From positions 416,001-480,000 of the forward strand of contig OZ244252.1 of the NCBI GenBank assembly GCA_965217185.1: 64,000 bases of DNA, in the 5' to 3' direction. Origin of the DNA: an uncultured Candidatus Entotheonella sp. GTDB taxonomy: Bacteria > Tectomicrobia > Entotheonellia > Entotheonellales > Entotheonellaceae. Made by a program: the position numbers and the translations under genes. The notes below the pieces were generated by a model. It saw only the letters and a list, made by a program, of their open reading frames with translations. It was not told the DNA's origin and made no database searches. Positions 52,240 through 61,933 of this stretch are shown here, piece after piece. Positions within the stretch are counted from its first letter, which is position 1; every line of letters starts with the position of its first letter.

Positions 52240-53580
52240 CTAGCTGTGCCGCCGATAGAGCCGTTTCATCTGCGTTTCCGCTTTCTTCACCGCTTGCTCC
52301 GCCGTCATCCTGTCGGTGGCGCAAGCCGCCGCGGTGTCGGGGATGATGAACTGCCGCCACACGGTCTCGGAGGCGGCATTCGGGGTGCCCGGCCAACCCG
52401 GGGCGTGTGTGTACCAGCCAATGTACGGCGCGAAATAGTATTTGGAGTTCGACGCGTAAATCGGGTGCATGGAGAAGGCACGCATCAGCGGTTGGTTGTA
52501 GCCCTCGCTGGCGGTCAGGTGTTTCTCCTGCTGATCCTTCTGGAAGTGGAAGTCCAGAAACTCCTTGGCGAGTTCCTGATTCTGGGAGAACTTCCAGACG
52601 CCGATGGTGTTATAGGCTGCCGACATGTGGCGCCCGGCAGGCCCGGCTGGCGGCATGATGTGATTGATGACCTGATGGACCGGGCGCTCGGTGCCGGGTA
52701 TCAGCGCATTATCGGTGCGCGCCGAATTGTAGGCGCTGATCGGGTTGAGGATCATGCTGCACTTGCCGGAATTGAGGCACACGTTGTTGTTGCGGTCGTC
52801 CCAGGCCAGCACTTCCTCTTCCATGGCGTCGTTGAACAGGGCTTTGACGAATTTGTACGCCTCGACCGTCTCCGGCGAGTTGATCGCTACGGTCTTGCTG
52901 TCCTCTTCCACCAGCTTGCCACCCCAACTCCAGATGATTCCGCGCAGGATGTGGTTGGCGTCTTCCGAGTGGCTCAACTGGATGCCGATGGGGTGTCCCT
53001 TGGCCTTCAACTGCATGCCGATGCGGCGGACATCTTCCCAGGTGTTCGGCATCGTTTCGCCAATCTCGGCGATGAGGTCGGTGCGCACGGCAATGGGGAA
53101 GGAAATGAAGAACCACGGCATCGCCCGGTAGTGACCCTCGCCGTCGCGCCCAACGATGTCGTCCGTCAATCCGCCGGCGCGTCGACCCACCTTTTCGACC
53201 AGATCGTCGAGGTTGATCAGGTGCTTCTTGTACAGGTCCGGCATGCCGACCCACAGGGAAGTGAGGTCGTGTCCCTTTTGTCCCTGCACCTCACTGGCCA
53301 GCACCGCCGGGAGCTGCAAGTGCGCCACGCGGTCCATACGCACCTTGACGCCGGCCATCTGGCCGAACTCTTCGAGTTGCCGCTTGAGCTCCGCGTCGGA
53401 GGTGGGCACGAAGTGCGAGAACGTGATCAGCCGGAGCTCACGGTCCTGCCCGATGGCCGGAGGCGTTTTGGCGAGCAGCATGCCGGCGACCCCGGCAGAG
53501 GTTGCCACCGATGAACGTAAGAAGCTGCGCCGAGAGGCGGGACCAGTCAAACGGGTCGTCATCTCGTAGGGCGTTACCAT
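52240..53580 (-). CDS. ABC transporter extracellular solute-binding protein (Tat signal)
   Basis: SRRSFLR leader, family-1 SBP features, located upstream of two permeases. Confidence 0.88.
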   Translation of the reverse strand: MVTPYEMTTRLTGPASRRSFLRSSVATSAGVAGMLLAKTPPAIGQDRELRLITFSHFVPTSDAELKRQLEEFGQMAGVKVRMDRVAHLQLPAVLASEVQGQKGHDLTSLWVGMPDLYKKHLINLDDLVEKVGRRAGGLTDDIVGRDGEGHYRAMPWFFISFPIAVRTDLIAEIGETMPNTWEDVRRIGMQLKAKGHPIGIQLSHSEDANHILRGIIWSWGGKLVEEDSKTVAINSPETVEAYKFVKALFNDAMEEEVLAWDDRNNNVCLNSGKCSMILNPISAYNSARTDNALIPGTERPVHQVINHIMPPAGPAGRHMSAAYNTIGVWKFSQNQELAKEFLDFHFQKDQQEKHLTASEGYNQPLMRAFSMHPIYASNSKYYFAPYIGWYTHAPGWPGTPNAASETVWRQFIIPDTAAACATDRMTAEQAVKKAETQMKRLYRRHS

Positions 53581-53657
53581 ACGACTTCTCCAGAAGTTTG
53601 AGGATGTTGGCTCGAGTTGGGGAATCCTGATTCTATAGCATGGCGGCTTTGGGCGTG

Positions 53658-53999
53658 TCAATCGCTATCCCGCGACGATTGCGGCCTCCCGGCGGCCTTG
53701 AATTCCGCCTCGGTTTGAAGCCGTCCGCCCCGGATCTGGCGCTCGACGATTTGCATGCGGCGGTCGAACCCTAATGTGACACTGATGCGCTGGAAGCAGC
53801 GGTCGCCGACCACGTCTTTGTGCACGGTGTAAGCGGGCCCTTCCTCGCCGGGGTCGAGAAGGTTGCTGGCCATGTCGTAACGGCGGTCGACGCGCACGCG
53901 GATGGCTTCGCCACAGCGGTCGCAGGTCAGATATAGCCACAAGGCGTTGTCCGCTTCCTGTCGTGGGGACCGTGCAAACAGGCTCCGCAACCAGCGCAT
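53658..53999 (-). CDS. Hypothetical protein with a CxxC...C putative Zn site
   Basis: LTCDRCGE and DRCFQR; same strand as and adjacent to the Ldh_2 gene. Confidence 0.65.
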   Translation of the reverse strand: MRWLRSLFARSPRQEADNALWLYLTCDRCGEAIRVRVDRRYDMASNLLDPGEEGPAYTVHKDVVGDRCFQRISVTLGFDRRMQIVERQIRGGRLQTEAEFKAAGRPQSSRDSD

Positions 54000-54032
54000 C
54001 GCGTCACTCCTCACGGTTGCCGTCAAACGGCA

Positions 54033-55082
54033 TCAATTGACCGTGACCCCGTACTCCGTCGCCGCCGACTTGATCTGGCTCCAGGTCTCGTCGTCAACCA
54101 CAATGCCGTTGGCGCGGCGGGCCTGTTCCTGGCGGCTTTCGATCTCGCCGGGTAGCAAGATTTCGCTGAACCCTTCCATGGTCTTGGCGCTCTTGACGTA
54201 AGCCGCAAAAGTGTCTACCTCGCGGATGAATTCCTCCAGCGGGGTGAATGCCGAGATGTTGAGCACCAGCATGAACACGCCGTTGCCGCTGCGCGTCGGG
54301 TCGGGGCGGGCGCAGCCGGCCCGCGTCAACGCACCGCTGAGGATTTCGACGATGAGCGCCAAGCCGTAACCCTTGTGCCCTTCGGTCAGTCCGCCGAGGG
54401 GCAAAATGGCGCCGCGCGGCGTGGTGTAGAGATCGTTCGGGTCCGTGGTCGGGACGCCCTGATTGTTGACCAGCCAGCCTATGGGTGTCGGCAGTCCCTG
54501 GTTGCGCTTCACCCGCACCTTGCCTTCCGCCACCACGCTGGTGGCGATGTCGAGGACGATCGGCCCACCCTGTCCGGTGGGAATGCCAACGGAGATGGGA
54601 TTGGTCACCATGCGGCCCTCGGCGCCGCCGAAGGGCGCGACAATGGCGCCGGCGCCGTGGCCGTTGACCATGGTGATGCCGACCATGCCGCGCGCCGCGG
54701 CCATGGCGGGATACTCGCCCAGGCGTCCGATGTGATTGCAGTTGTGAATCCCCACCGAGCTGACCGCCTGATTCTCGGCCCTGTCAATTGCTATTTCCAT
54801 GGCTCGCGTCCCAGCCGTCTGGCCGTAACCCCAATTGGCGTTCAGCAGCACTGTCGCAGGCGTTTCCTGTACCACGTCCAAGTCCGCGTCGGGCACGCAG
54901 TTGCCTTTCTGGACGTCGGCCAGATACTGCGGGATGCGGATGACGCCGTGGGAGTCGTGTCCCATCAGATTGGCCGTCACCAGATAACGGCTGATCAGGC
55001 CCGCTTCCTCGTCCGAGGAGCCGGCGCCCTGGAAAATACGTTTGCTCGTTGCTTCGAGTTCTTCCGCCTGCAAAGTTGGCAT
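54033..55082 (-). CDS. Ldh_2 family oxidoreductase (malate/lactate/ureidoglycolate dehydrogenase type)
   Basis: GHDSHG, HIGRLG, TNPI, LDIATS and HKGYGL motifs. Confidence 0.92.
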   Translation of the reverse strand: MPTLQAEELEATSKRIFQGAGSSDEEAGLISRYLVTANLMGHDSHGVIRIPQYLADVQKGNCVPDADLDVVQETPATVLLNANWGYGQTAGTRAMEIAIDRAENQAVSSVGIHNCNHIGRLGEYPAMAAARGMVGITMVNGHGAGAIVAPFGGAEGRMVTNPISVGIPTGQGGPIVLDIATSVVAEGKVRVKRNQGLPTPIGWLVNNQGVPTTDPNDLYTTPRGAILPLGGLTEGHKGYGLALIVEILSGALTRAGCARPDPTRSGNGVFMLVLNISAFTPLEEFIREVDTFAAYVKSAKTMEGFSEILLPGEIESRQEQARRANGIVVDDETWSQIKSAATEYGVTVN

Positions 55083-55196
55083 GCGTAGGTCCTTCCTGAA
55101 TATGTCGGAGGAGTAAGAGTTGTGTGGGGTAATGTGCGGGCAGTGTAACAGGGCGACTCCGGCGCGGCAACAGCCCGGCACCGGGTTTGCGCGGGC

Positions 55197-55841
55197 TCAG
55201 AACAAGCCCCAAACGGCTCCCTTCAGCCACACGTAGCCTTTGTACCCGAAGAAGATGATCAGCAGGGAAATGAAGAGCGCCAGCAGGCTGCACAGAATTC
55301 CGGCGAGCAGCAGCACGCCGTCGTCTTCCAGCAGCGAGAAGCCGATGAGGAAAATGCCGAACGCCGGTGCCGTGTTGGTTCCCGGTATCGGCAGCAGCAT
55401 GGAGCATGCCAGTGCGCAGATGATGAAGCCGATGACGGCGCGCATCGCCGGCGCCCGCACCAGCCCGATGAGGCGGGGGCTGGAAAACCGTTCGACAACC
55501 TGCACGAGGCGCAGCATGGCGTCCACCACGCGGCGGTTGAAGCCGGCGGTGTTGAAGGGCCGTTGCCGAAGTCTGGCGGGCAGCCAGAGATTGTCGTATC
55601 CCGCCAGCAGGCGCAGGCCGATGATCAGGAGTGGGACCGACAGCAGAGTAGAGTACCCGGCCGCCGGCAAGGGCAGCGCCGCCGGGACGGAGAACAGGAT
55701 CAGAATGACGGCCATGCCGTGGCGGTCGAGCTCCTCAACCAGCTCGCCGCAGGTGATGGGGTTTCGGTCGGGGTCAAAGACATGCTCGATGATGTTGGAG
55801 AGCGCTGGCTTCACGTCACGAATCCTGTGGATTTTGAGCAA
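55197..55841 (-). CDS. exoD: ExoD family membrane protein
   Basis: PAALPLP, LWLP, PRL, LPIPGTNTAPA and EDDG motifs. Confidence 0.85.
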   Translation of the reverse strand: MLKIHRIRDVKPALSNIIEHVFDPDRNPITCGELVEELDRHGMAVILILFSVPAALPLPAAGYSTLLSVPLLIIGLRLLAGYDNLWLPARLRQRPFNTAGFNRRVVDAMLRLVQVVERFSSPRLIGLVRAPAMRAVIGFIICALACSMLLPIPGTNTAPAFGIFLIGFSLLEDDGVLLLAGILCSLLALFISLLIIFFGYKGYVWLKGAVWGLF

Positions 55842-55918
55842 GTTCAGGATGGGTCGGAAAGGGGCTGTGTCTTGTAGGGGCGTTTGCCCCGTTTGGGAGC
55901 TTCGTGTATAGTCCGCGC

Positions 55919-56296
55919 ATGGACCGTAACACCCGACAACGCCAAGCGATACGCCGGATTTTTGAAGAAGCCGACCGTCCTCTGAGCCCCCAAGAAGTGC
56001 TTCCGGCCGCCCAATCTTACGTGCCGGGACTGGGTATCGCCACGGTGTACCGCAGCCTCAAAGCGCTGGTTGCAGATGGCTGGTTGGAGTCGGTTGCTCT
56101 GCCCCGTGAACCGCCGCGCTACGAGGTGGCAGGCAAGCGGCACCACCACCACTTCCGCTGCCGCACCTGCGATCGCGTCTTCGAGATCGATGGCTGTTCT
56201 ACGAATCTGGTACAACTCACCCCGCGTGGTTTCCGCCTGGAAGGCCATGATGTCGTGCTTTACGGACTCTGTACCGCCTGCGCCAAAATTGCGTAA
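55919..56296 (+). CDS. Fur family transcriptional regulator
   Basis: TRQRQAI, ATVYRSL, HHHHFRCRTC and C-terminal CTAC. Confidence 0.93.
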   Translation: MDRNTRQRQAIRRIFEEADRPLSPQEVLPAAQSYVPGLGIATVYRSLKALVADGWLESVALPREPPRYEVAGKRHHHHFRCRTCDRVFEIDGCSTNLVQLTPRGFRLEGHDVVLYGLCTACAKIA

Positions 56297-56315
56297 GGCC
56301 AGGGTCGGTGCCGTC

Positions 56316-56633
56316 TCAAGCTGAAGTCCGAAAAGCGTTGGTCGCGGTAACCAGGGCTGGCGTCCCGCCGAACAGATAGGCCACTTCCACCGTTTCCGTT
56401 ATTTCCGCCTCAGAAGCCCCTGCCGCCCGGGCGCGGTTGGCGATGGTGGCGACTCCTTCCGGGTGCGCCATGATGGCGTCAACGAGCATGGTCATGAGGA
56501 TTTTGTACTTGGCCGGGATGGCCCCGTCCGCAAGTATCCGCTGCCGCTGGGCAAGATACGTGTCACTGAATTCGGGGGAGTGCTGCTGCAGACCGGCAAT
56601 CCATTCCGGTAGGGCGTTCTGGTCCATCGTCAT
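56316..56633 (-). CDS. Carboxymuconolactone decarboxylase/AhpD family protein
   Basis: DGAIPAKYKILM...ARAAGASEAEI...GGTPA. Confidence 0.8.
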   Translation of the reverse strand: MTMDQNALPEWIAGLQQHSPEFSDTYLAQRQRILADGAIPAKYKILMTMLVDAIMAHPEGVATIANRARAAGASEAEITETVEVAYLFGGTPALVTATNAFRTSA

Positions 56634-56770
56634 GTTTCCTATATGGATGCGGGGATTGGTCATTGGATACGCCAAAGGCTCCGAACCTAGGGGGTTCCCC
56701 AGCGGAAGTCAAGCGTGGGGAGCCCTATGGATGGCCCGCAGCGAGCGGCTGGGAGCCGAACGATGGTTGG

Positions 56771-58207
56771 GTGGCTGAAGCGCCGCTCGACTGGCAACGT
56801 CTGATCCCGGAAAAGCTGCTGCACTGTCTCTGGTTCGATCCCCGCTGGCGTCCCACCGCCTTGCGCACCCTGGATGGCCAACCCATTACCGTGCACTCCC
56901 CCGGACGCTGGAACGTCCACCCCGGCCCCGACTTTCAGCAGGCCACCATCACCTTCGCCGATGGCGAGCGATGCCGCGGCGACGTGGAAATCCACCGTTA
57001 CGCCTCCGGCTGGACGGCCCACCGGCATCACGCCGACCCGCGTTACAACAACGTGATGCTGCACGTATTTCTGTGGAATGACCGCAAGAATCAGGTGGCC
57101 GTGCGGGCCGACGGACAGACCGTCCCGCAAGTCGCCCTGGAACACTGCCTGCCACGCCCTCTGCTAACATATCGCACCGACGTTGTCCTGGAAGACTATC
57201 CGCGCAAGAATGTGCCCGTTCCTGGCCGCTGCTACGAAGCCTTGCGGCGCCTGGAGCCTGGGCAGGTGCGTGCCTTTCTGGACCGTGCCGGCGACGTGCG
57301 GCTGCGGCAGCGTATGTGGCGATGGGCGCCGCGGGTGTCAGAAGCGGGTCTGGAACAGGCCGCGTACGAGGCGGTGCTGCGGGGACTGGGCTCGACGGGG
57401 CATCGGCAGCATTTCCAGGAACTGGCCAGCACCGTTTCCTGGCGGGAAGCGCAGCACTGCCTGGACGGCGTGCCGGCATCAGCGCGCCGACTGGCCGCCG
57501 AGGCGTTGCTCCTTGGCGTGGCGGGGCTGCTTCCCGACCTCGACCACACCGGCCGCTTTGACGACGACACCCAGCGCTACGTTGGAGACTTGTATGAGCA
57601 TTGGCTTGGTTTCCCCGCCACCATCCGGCAACGTGCCTGGCACACGGTCAACTGGCGTCAGCCCAACGTGCGCCCGGCCAACAGCCCCGAACGCCGTCTG
57701 GCGGGAATGGCCTGCCTGCTGGACGCCTGTCACGGTACGACGTTAATAGACACCGGCGTATCGCTGTGCAGCAGTTTGGCAGCCGACAACGCCAAGCCCC
57801 GCGAGCTTTGCGACGCCTTGACCGCCCTGCTGACCTGCGGCGAGCCGTCGTACTGGACCCGTAGGCCGCGTTTCGGAAGCCGCCAAGGGCGCTCGCAGCA
57901 TCTCATCGGCGCCGGGCGGGCACTCACGGTCGTCGTGGACGCCCTCTTGCCCATGCTGCTGCTCTTCGTCCAACACCGCGCTGATACGTCCCTGCGGGAG
58001 ACGGTCCTGGCCTGTTACGAAGCGGCGCCGCGCCTGCCGGACAACCATGCGCTGCGCTACATGGCGCGCCGCCTGCTGGGAGATGACCCATCGCTGTTGT
58101 CCCTGGTTGCGGGGGCGCGCCAACAGCAGGGCCTGTTGCAGTTACTGAACGATTACTGCGGCAACGATGAGGGGGATTGCCAGGGGTGCGACTTCCCGCT
58201 TCATTAG
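56771..58207 (+). CDS. DUF2851 family protein
   Basis: EKLLHCLW, PGRWNVHPGPDF, GDVEIH, HHADPRYNNVMLHV, RPANSPERR and C-terminal Cys cluster; start uncertain. Confidence 0.82.
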   Translation: MAEAPLDWQRLIPEKLLHCLWFDPRWRPTALRTLDGQPITVHSPGRWNVHPGPDFQQATITFADGERCRGDVEIHRYASGWTAHRHHADPRYNNVMLHVFLWNDRKNQVAVRADGQTVPQVALEHCLPRPLLTYRTDVVLEDYPRKNVPVPGRCYEALRRLEPGQVRAFLDRAGDVRLRQRMWRWAPRVSEAGLEQAAYEAVLRGLGSTGHRQHFQELASTVSWREAQHCLDGVPASARRLAAEALLLGVAGLLPDLDHTGRFDDDTQRYVGDLYEHWLGFPATIRQRAWHTVNWRQPNVRPANSPERRLAGMACLLDACHGTTLIDTGVSLCSSLAADNAKPRELCDALTALLTCGEPSYWTRRPRFGSRQGRSQHLIGAGRALTVVVDALLPMLLLFVQHRADTSLRETVLACYEAAPRLPDNHALRYMARRLLGDDPSLLSLVAGARQQQGLLQLLNDYCGNDEGDCQGCDFPLH

Positions 58208-58342
58208 GGGTGCCGATTCCTTGTTGGCGTTGGGTCTGATTCACGGAACCTGGGGAACCTGGGGTAGGCGTCGGCTGGAGCTACCTGAGAAGACCAGTGC
58301 TATTGCGGACACTGTGGCAACAAATCTGGCGAGTGGCGAGGC

Positions 58343-59122
58343 CTATAGGTCGGTTCGCAAAAGTGACGGTTGTCTGGGAGGGCGCTGCGGGTGTCGATTG
58401 GTTTCTTCTTCCGACTTTCTCTCGGAATGTTTTCTGTTGTGATCATTAACAAACTGGCGAAGGGCGTGCTTGGTGATTGAGACAAGCTCATCGGGAGCCT
58501 GTTGGGCTTTCAGTCCGGGATAGAACTGCGAAGCCAGAAACCGCACAAAGTCCTGGGAGGGATCGTCCAATTGTCTATTCAGGAACAGTTTGATTTCACG
58601 TGTGTACTTCAGATCACTGGCTGTCGAGAGCAATCCGTCGAGATTGAAACTCGGTTTGGTTATCTTTCCGAGTTCGTCGAGAAGTGATTCCTCTATATCC
58701 AGCAGGTTGAGTTCCAGAAATGGCCCGGAATCCATCTGGTTCGTCCTTTCCAAGTCAGAAAAGAAGCGATACACAATGCCATTGGTTAAGACAGCCAGAC
58801 GAGCTTCCGTGACGGAGAAGTAACGGTAAAGCTGGGTCGTATGGTGGTTGTCGTTGAGTTTGTTGTTGCACGGCTTGCACTCAATCAAGATGACTGGCTT
58901 GTCGCCATGCAAGATTGCGTAATCGACCTTCTCCCCGCTTTTGATCCCGACGCTATCAACCTTGTATTCCGGCACAACTTCGCTCGGATCTTCCACATCG
59001 TATCCGAGCAACTTGATAAACGGTATGACAAAAGCGTGCTTCGTCGCCTCTTCAGACTCGACATGCTCGCGCCGAAGTTCGATCTTGGCCACAAGCTCTT
59101 TTAATTCATTCAAGAGATCCAT
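58343..59122 (-). CDS. HsdR N-terminal-domain nuclease paralog, C-terminally truncated
   Basis: Aligns with 4082-5176 up to RQFVNDH, then diverges and stops. Confidence 0.8.
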   Translation of the reverse strand: MDLLNELKELVAKIELRREHVESEEATKHAFVIPFIKLLGYDVEDPSEVVPEYKVDSVGIKSGEKVDYAILHGDKPVILIECKPCNNKLNDNHHTTQLYRYFSVTEARLAVLTNGIVYRFFSDLERTNQMDSGPFLELNLLDIEESLLDELGKITKPSFNLDGLLSTASDLKYTREIKLFLNRQLDDPSQDFVRFLASQFYPGLKAQQAPDELVSITKHALRQFVNDHNRKHSERKSEEETNRHPQRPPRQPSLLRTDL

Positions 59123-59184
59123 AGCCGTTTTCCCTTCCCGCGTAGGTCTTCATCCTTCTTGTTGTTGGGTTTGGGTGCCCATGT

Positions 59185-59889
59185 CTACGTCGTCCGCCGC
59201 AGGTCCCGGAGTTGGGCTTCCAAAGCTTGCCGGGCTGCCTGTTCTTCCCGCAGGCGGGCTTCGGCTTGTTCGCGTGCTTGCGCTTCTTCCCGATAGGTCC
59301 GAAGGGGCGCTTGGCGCACAGGATCATAAAAATGCAGCGCCTCCCGCACCGGTGCTCCTGGTGTCAGGTGTAACTCCAGGTGCAGCGCCTCGCTGCGGGC
59401 CGTCAGGGTGCCGTCTTCCCGTACTGTAGCGGGTGTCGGCTCATATTGGCCCTCGACGAGCTGGAAGCCCTGCAGGGGCGGGCTGAGGTAGTTTCCCGCC
59501 GGGTCGCACTGCCAGTATTCCGACACCCCCATCCGCGCGTAAATACCGTGTTTCTCGCCCTGATCAATCCGATACGTACTTTCGGAGGCGATTTCCAGAA
59601 CGAAGTCCGGCGCCTTCGGTTCTTCCCAGAGCCGATAGGAGGAACGGATATGCTTAGGTGCGCCAAACACCACCATTAGATCCGGCGAAACCGACTTGCT
59701 GGTATCGCCTTCCTGGTAGTACACCAACAGATTACCGACGACGTACACGTCTTCATGTTCCCGGAAGTGCCAGTCCAAGGCGGAGCCGACATAGAGAATC
59801 GGCCAGAATTGGGATTCGTGTTCAGCCATGGGTAGCCCGTCCGAATCCGGATAGTCGATGGTTTGGGAAGTGACAACAGCGCGTGCCAT
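59185..59889 (-). CDS. Uma2 family endonuclease
   Basis: YPDSDGLPMAE, SPDLMV, PDFVLEIASEST, GVSEYW and a coiled-coil tail. Confidence 0.92.
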   Translation of the reverse strand: MARAVVTSQTIDYPDSDGLPMAEHESQFWPILYVGSALDWHFREHEDVYVVGNLLVYYQEGDTSKSVSPDLMVVFGAPKHIRSSYRLWEEPKAPDFVLEIASESTYRIDQGEKHGIYARMGVSEYWQCDPAGNYLSPPLQGFQLVEGQYEPTPATVREDGTLTARSEALHLELHLTPGAPVREALHFYDPVRQAPLRTYREEAQAREQAEARLREEQAARQALEAQLRDLRRTT

Positions 59890-60025
59890 GTGACAGCCCT
59901 TTCCTACTGATGTTCAAGGGAGCTGGTATCCATCCAGGTCTACATCGTCCGTTCGTACGCAGCCTACTGCCATCCCTGTCGTGCGTGACTTTCCGCGCTG
60001 GGTTCCTGCTTGATGAAGCCCATAA

Positions 60026-60775
60026 TTAGGCGTGATACATCATCGCTGCCAAGGCCAGCACCAACGTCTCGCCCATCTCATTCGTCGCGCCCAGCACGTC
60101 CGCGGTGATACCGCCCAGGCGCTTGCGGAAATACGTCTGCAGGCCGAACGTTGCCAGGCTGACCAGGGTGCCGATCAGTACCCCGCCGACGCCGCCAAAG
60201 CACACGACGATGATGAGTGACCACGGCAGGGTGGCGGTGAAGTGGTCCCGCCGCCGGGCGCCGCGCACGAACGGCTCGCCGAACCCGCCGCCCGGACGCG
60301 CGTAGGCGGAGAAGCAGGCCACCTGAACCATCGCGTAACGGCTCAGGGTGCCGAGCAGCACCAACGTCATCAGCATGCCCTCGTCGGGCACGACGCTGAG
60401 GCAGGCGAACTTAATCAGCAGCACCAGCACCACGCTCATGGCGCCCATGGTGCCGAGGTGCTGTTCCTTGAAGATGCGGAGGGTCGTCTGGCGGTCGTGG
60501 CCACCGCTCAGGCCGTCCATGATGGTGGCGAGGCCGCTGAGGTGAACGCCGCCGGTTACCAGACAGAGGCCGACCAGGAGCAGGGCGGCCACCACCGGCG
60601 GCGGAAAGACGTACGCGAGCAACAGGTAGAGGCTCCATAACGCGCAGCCAATGCCGGCGCCGACGAGCGGGTAATACGCCATGGCGCTCCCGAACAGCTC
60701 CGGCGACCACGTATCCGTTGCCCGCAGCCGGTAGACCGTCAGGAGTCCCAGAGCGCGCCGTAAATCGTCAACCAT
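60026..60775 (-). CDS. cobS: Adenosylcobinamide-GDP ribazoletransferase (cobalamin synthase)
   Basis: YYPLVG, TGGVHLSGLA..MDGL and GGITADVLGATNE motifs. Confidence 0.85.
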   Translation of the reverse strand: MVDDLRRALGLLTVYRLRATDTWSPELFGSAMAYYPLVGAGIGCALWSLYLLLAYVFPPPVVAALLLVGLCLVTGGVHLSGLATIMDGLSGGHDRQTTLRIFKEQHLGTMGAMSVVLVLLIKFACLSVVPDEGMLMTLVLLGTLSRYAMVQVACFSAYARPGGGFGEPFVRGARRRDHFTATLPWSLIIVVCFGGVGGVLIGTLVSLATFGLQTYFRKRLGGITADVLGATNEMGETLVLALAAMMYHA

Positions 60776-60982
60776 AGCCTGTATCTCCTCTCGAATCCGG
60801 CGTTTATGTTAGAGGGCATGGCCGTTGCGGGCAAGGCCGAAGCATCGCGTCTGGAAAGTCCCCAGGCCGTCGGGTATTGCTCGCTGGCGCTCGTGTTACC
60901 CTATCGTACACGCTCAATTTTGCGCTTCGCTTGCTGTGGGCACACGAAACCCCCGCATCACCAAATCAGGAGGAGAAACGCC

Positions 60983-61888
60983 ATGCGCAAACCCGCCGTC
61001 AGCCTGGCCGCCGTTGCCGGGCGCCGACAGGCCACCTTGGAACTCGCTCAACGCCTCGAACAGGAAGGCTTCAGCGGCATTTATTGCCCGAGCTTCGGCG
61101 ATGGCATGGGGCTCTGCGAAGCCCTGGCCCTGGTGACCAAGGAGATTCCGTTTGGCACCAGTATCGCCAACATCTACACGCGCCACGCTTACGACTACGC
61201 CCTGAGCGCGACGCTCATTCACGAGTTGTCCGGCGGACGCTTCCGATTCGGCATTGGCGTCAGCCACGCGCCGGCGCACTCCCGCCTGAAGGTGCGGGTC
61301 GGCAAGCCATTGGGCGACATTCGGCAATTTGTGTCGGATTTGCAAACCGGCGCCCAGCGCAACGGCGATCTGCCGCCCATCGTGCTGGCCACCCTGCGCC
61401 GCAAGATGGTGCAGTTGGCGTCGGAAATCGCTCAGGGTGCGGTGTGGGCCAATGCCGCCCGCTCGCACGTGGCCGCGTCGCTCAGCCATCTGTCGCCGTC
61501 AGCCCGCCAGGACGCGGGGTTTTTCCTCGGCAACATGATTCCGATCTGTATCGACGACGACAAAGCCGCTGCCGCAGCTGTGAACCGGCGAACCCTCACC
61601 GGTTACGTGCGCCTGCCGAACTACCAGAATTACTGGATTGAAGCCGGGTTTGAAGACGAGATGCTGGCGATTCGGCAGACCATCGCCAACGGCGAGGACG
61701 ACAGGATTCCAGAACTCATGTCCGACCGCTGGCTGCAGCAGGTCACCCTTTACGGCAGCGCCGCCGAGGTGCGCGAGGGCGTGGAAGCCTGGTACGACGC
61801 GGGCATCAACACGCCCATCGTCGTGCCCTCGTCCACCAAGGGCGGCCAGATGGTCGCGTTTCAGGAACTGCTTGAAGCCTGGCGATGA
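60983..61888 (+). CDS. LLM class (flavin/F420-dependent) oxidoreductase
   Basis: FGTSIANIYTR and ELSGGRFRFGIGVSH motifs; RBS AGGAGG. Confidence 0.88.
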   Translation: MRKPAVSLAAVAGRRQATLELAQRLEQEGFSGIYCPSFGDGMGLCEALALVTKEIPFGTSIANIYTRHAYDYALSATLIHELSGGRFRFGIGVSHAPAHSRLKVRVGKPLGDIRQFVSDLQTGAQRNGDLPPIVLATLRRKMVQLASEIAQGAVWANAARSHVAASLSHLSPSARQDAGFFLGNMIPICIDDDKAAAAAVNRRTLTGYVRLPNYQNYWIEAGFEDEMLAIRQTIANGEDDRIPELMSDRWLQQVTLYGSAAEVREGVEAWYDAGINTPIVVPSSTKGGQMVAFQELLEAWR

Positions 61889-61933
61889 GGGGAGGGTGGG
61901 CAGTTGGCAAGGCGGCGTCCGGTTTCTCGATGC

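Noticed and set aside
56687..56730. Imperfect hairpin between the CMD and DUF2851 genes as a riboswitch/ncRNA
   Set aside because: No recognisable family motif, and such stems are common in GC-rich DNA.
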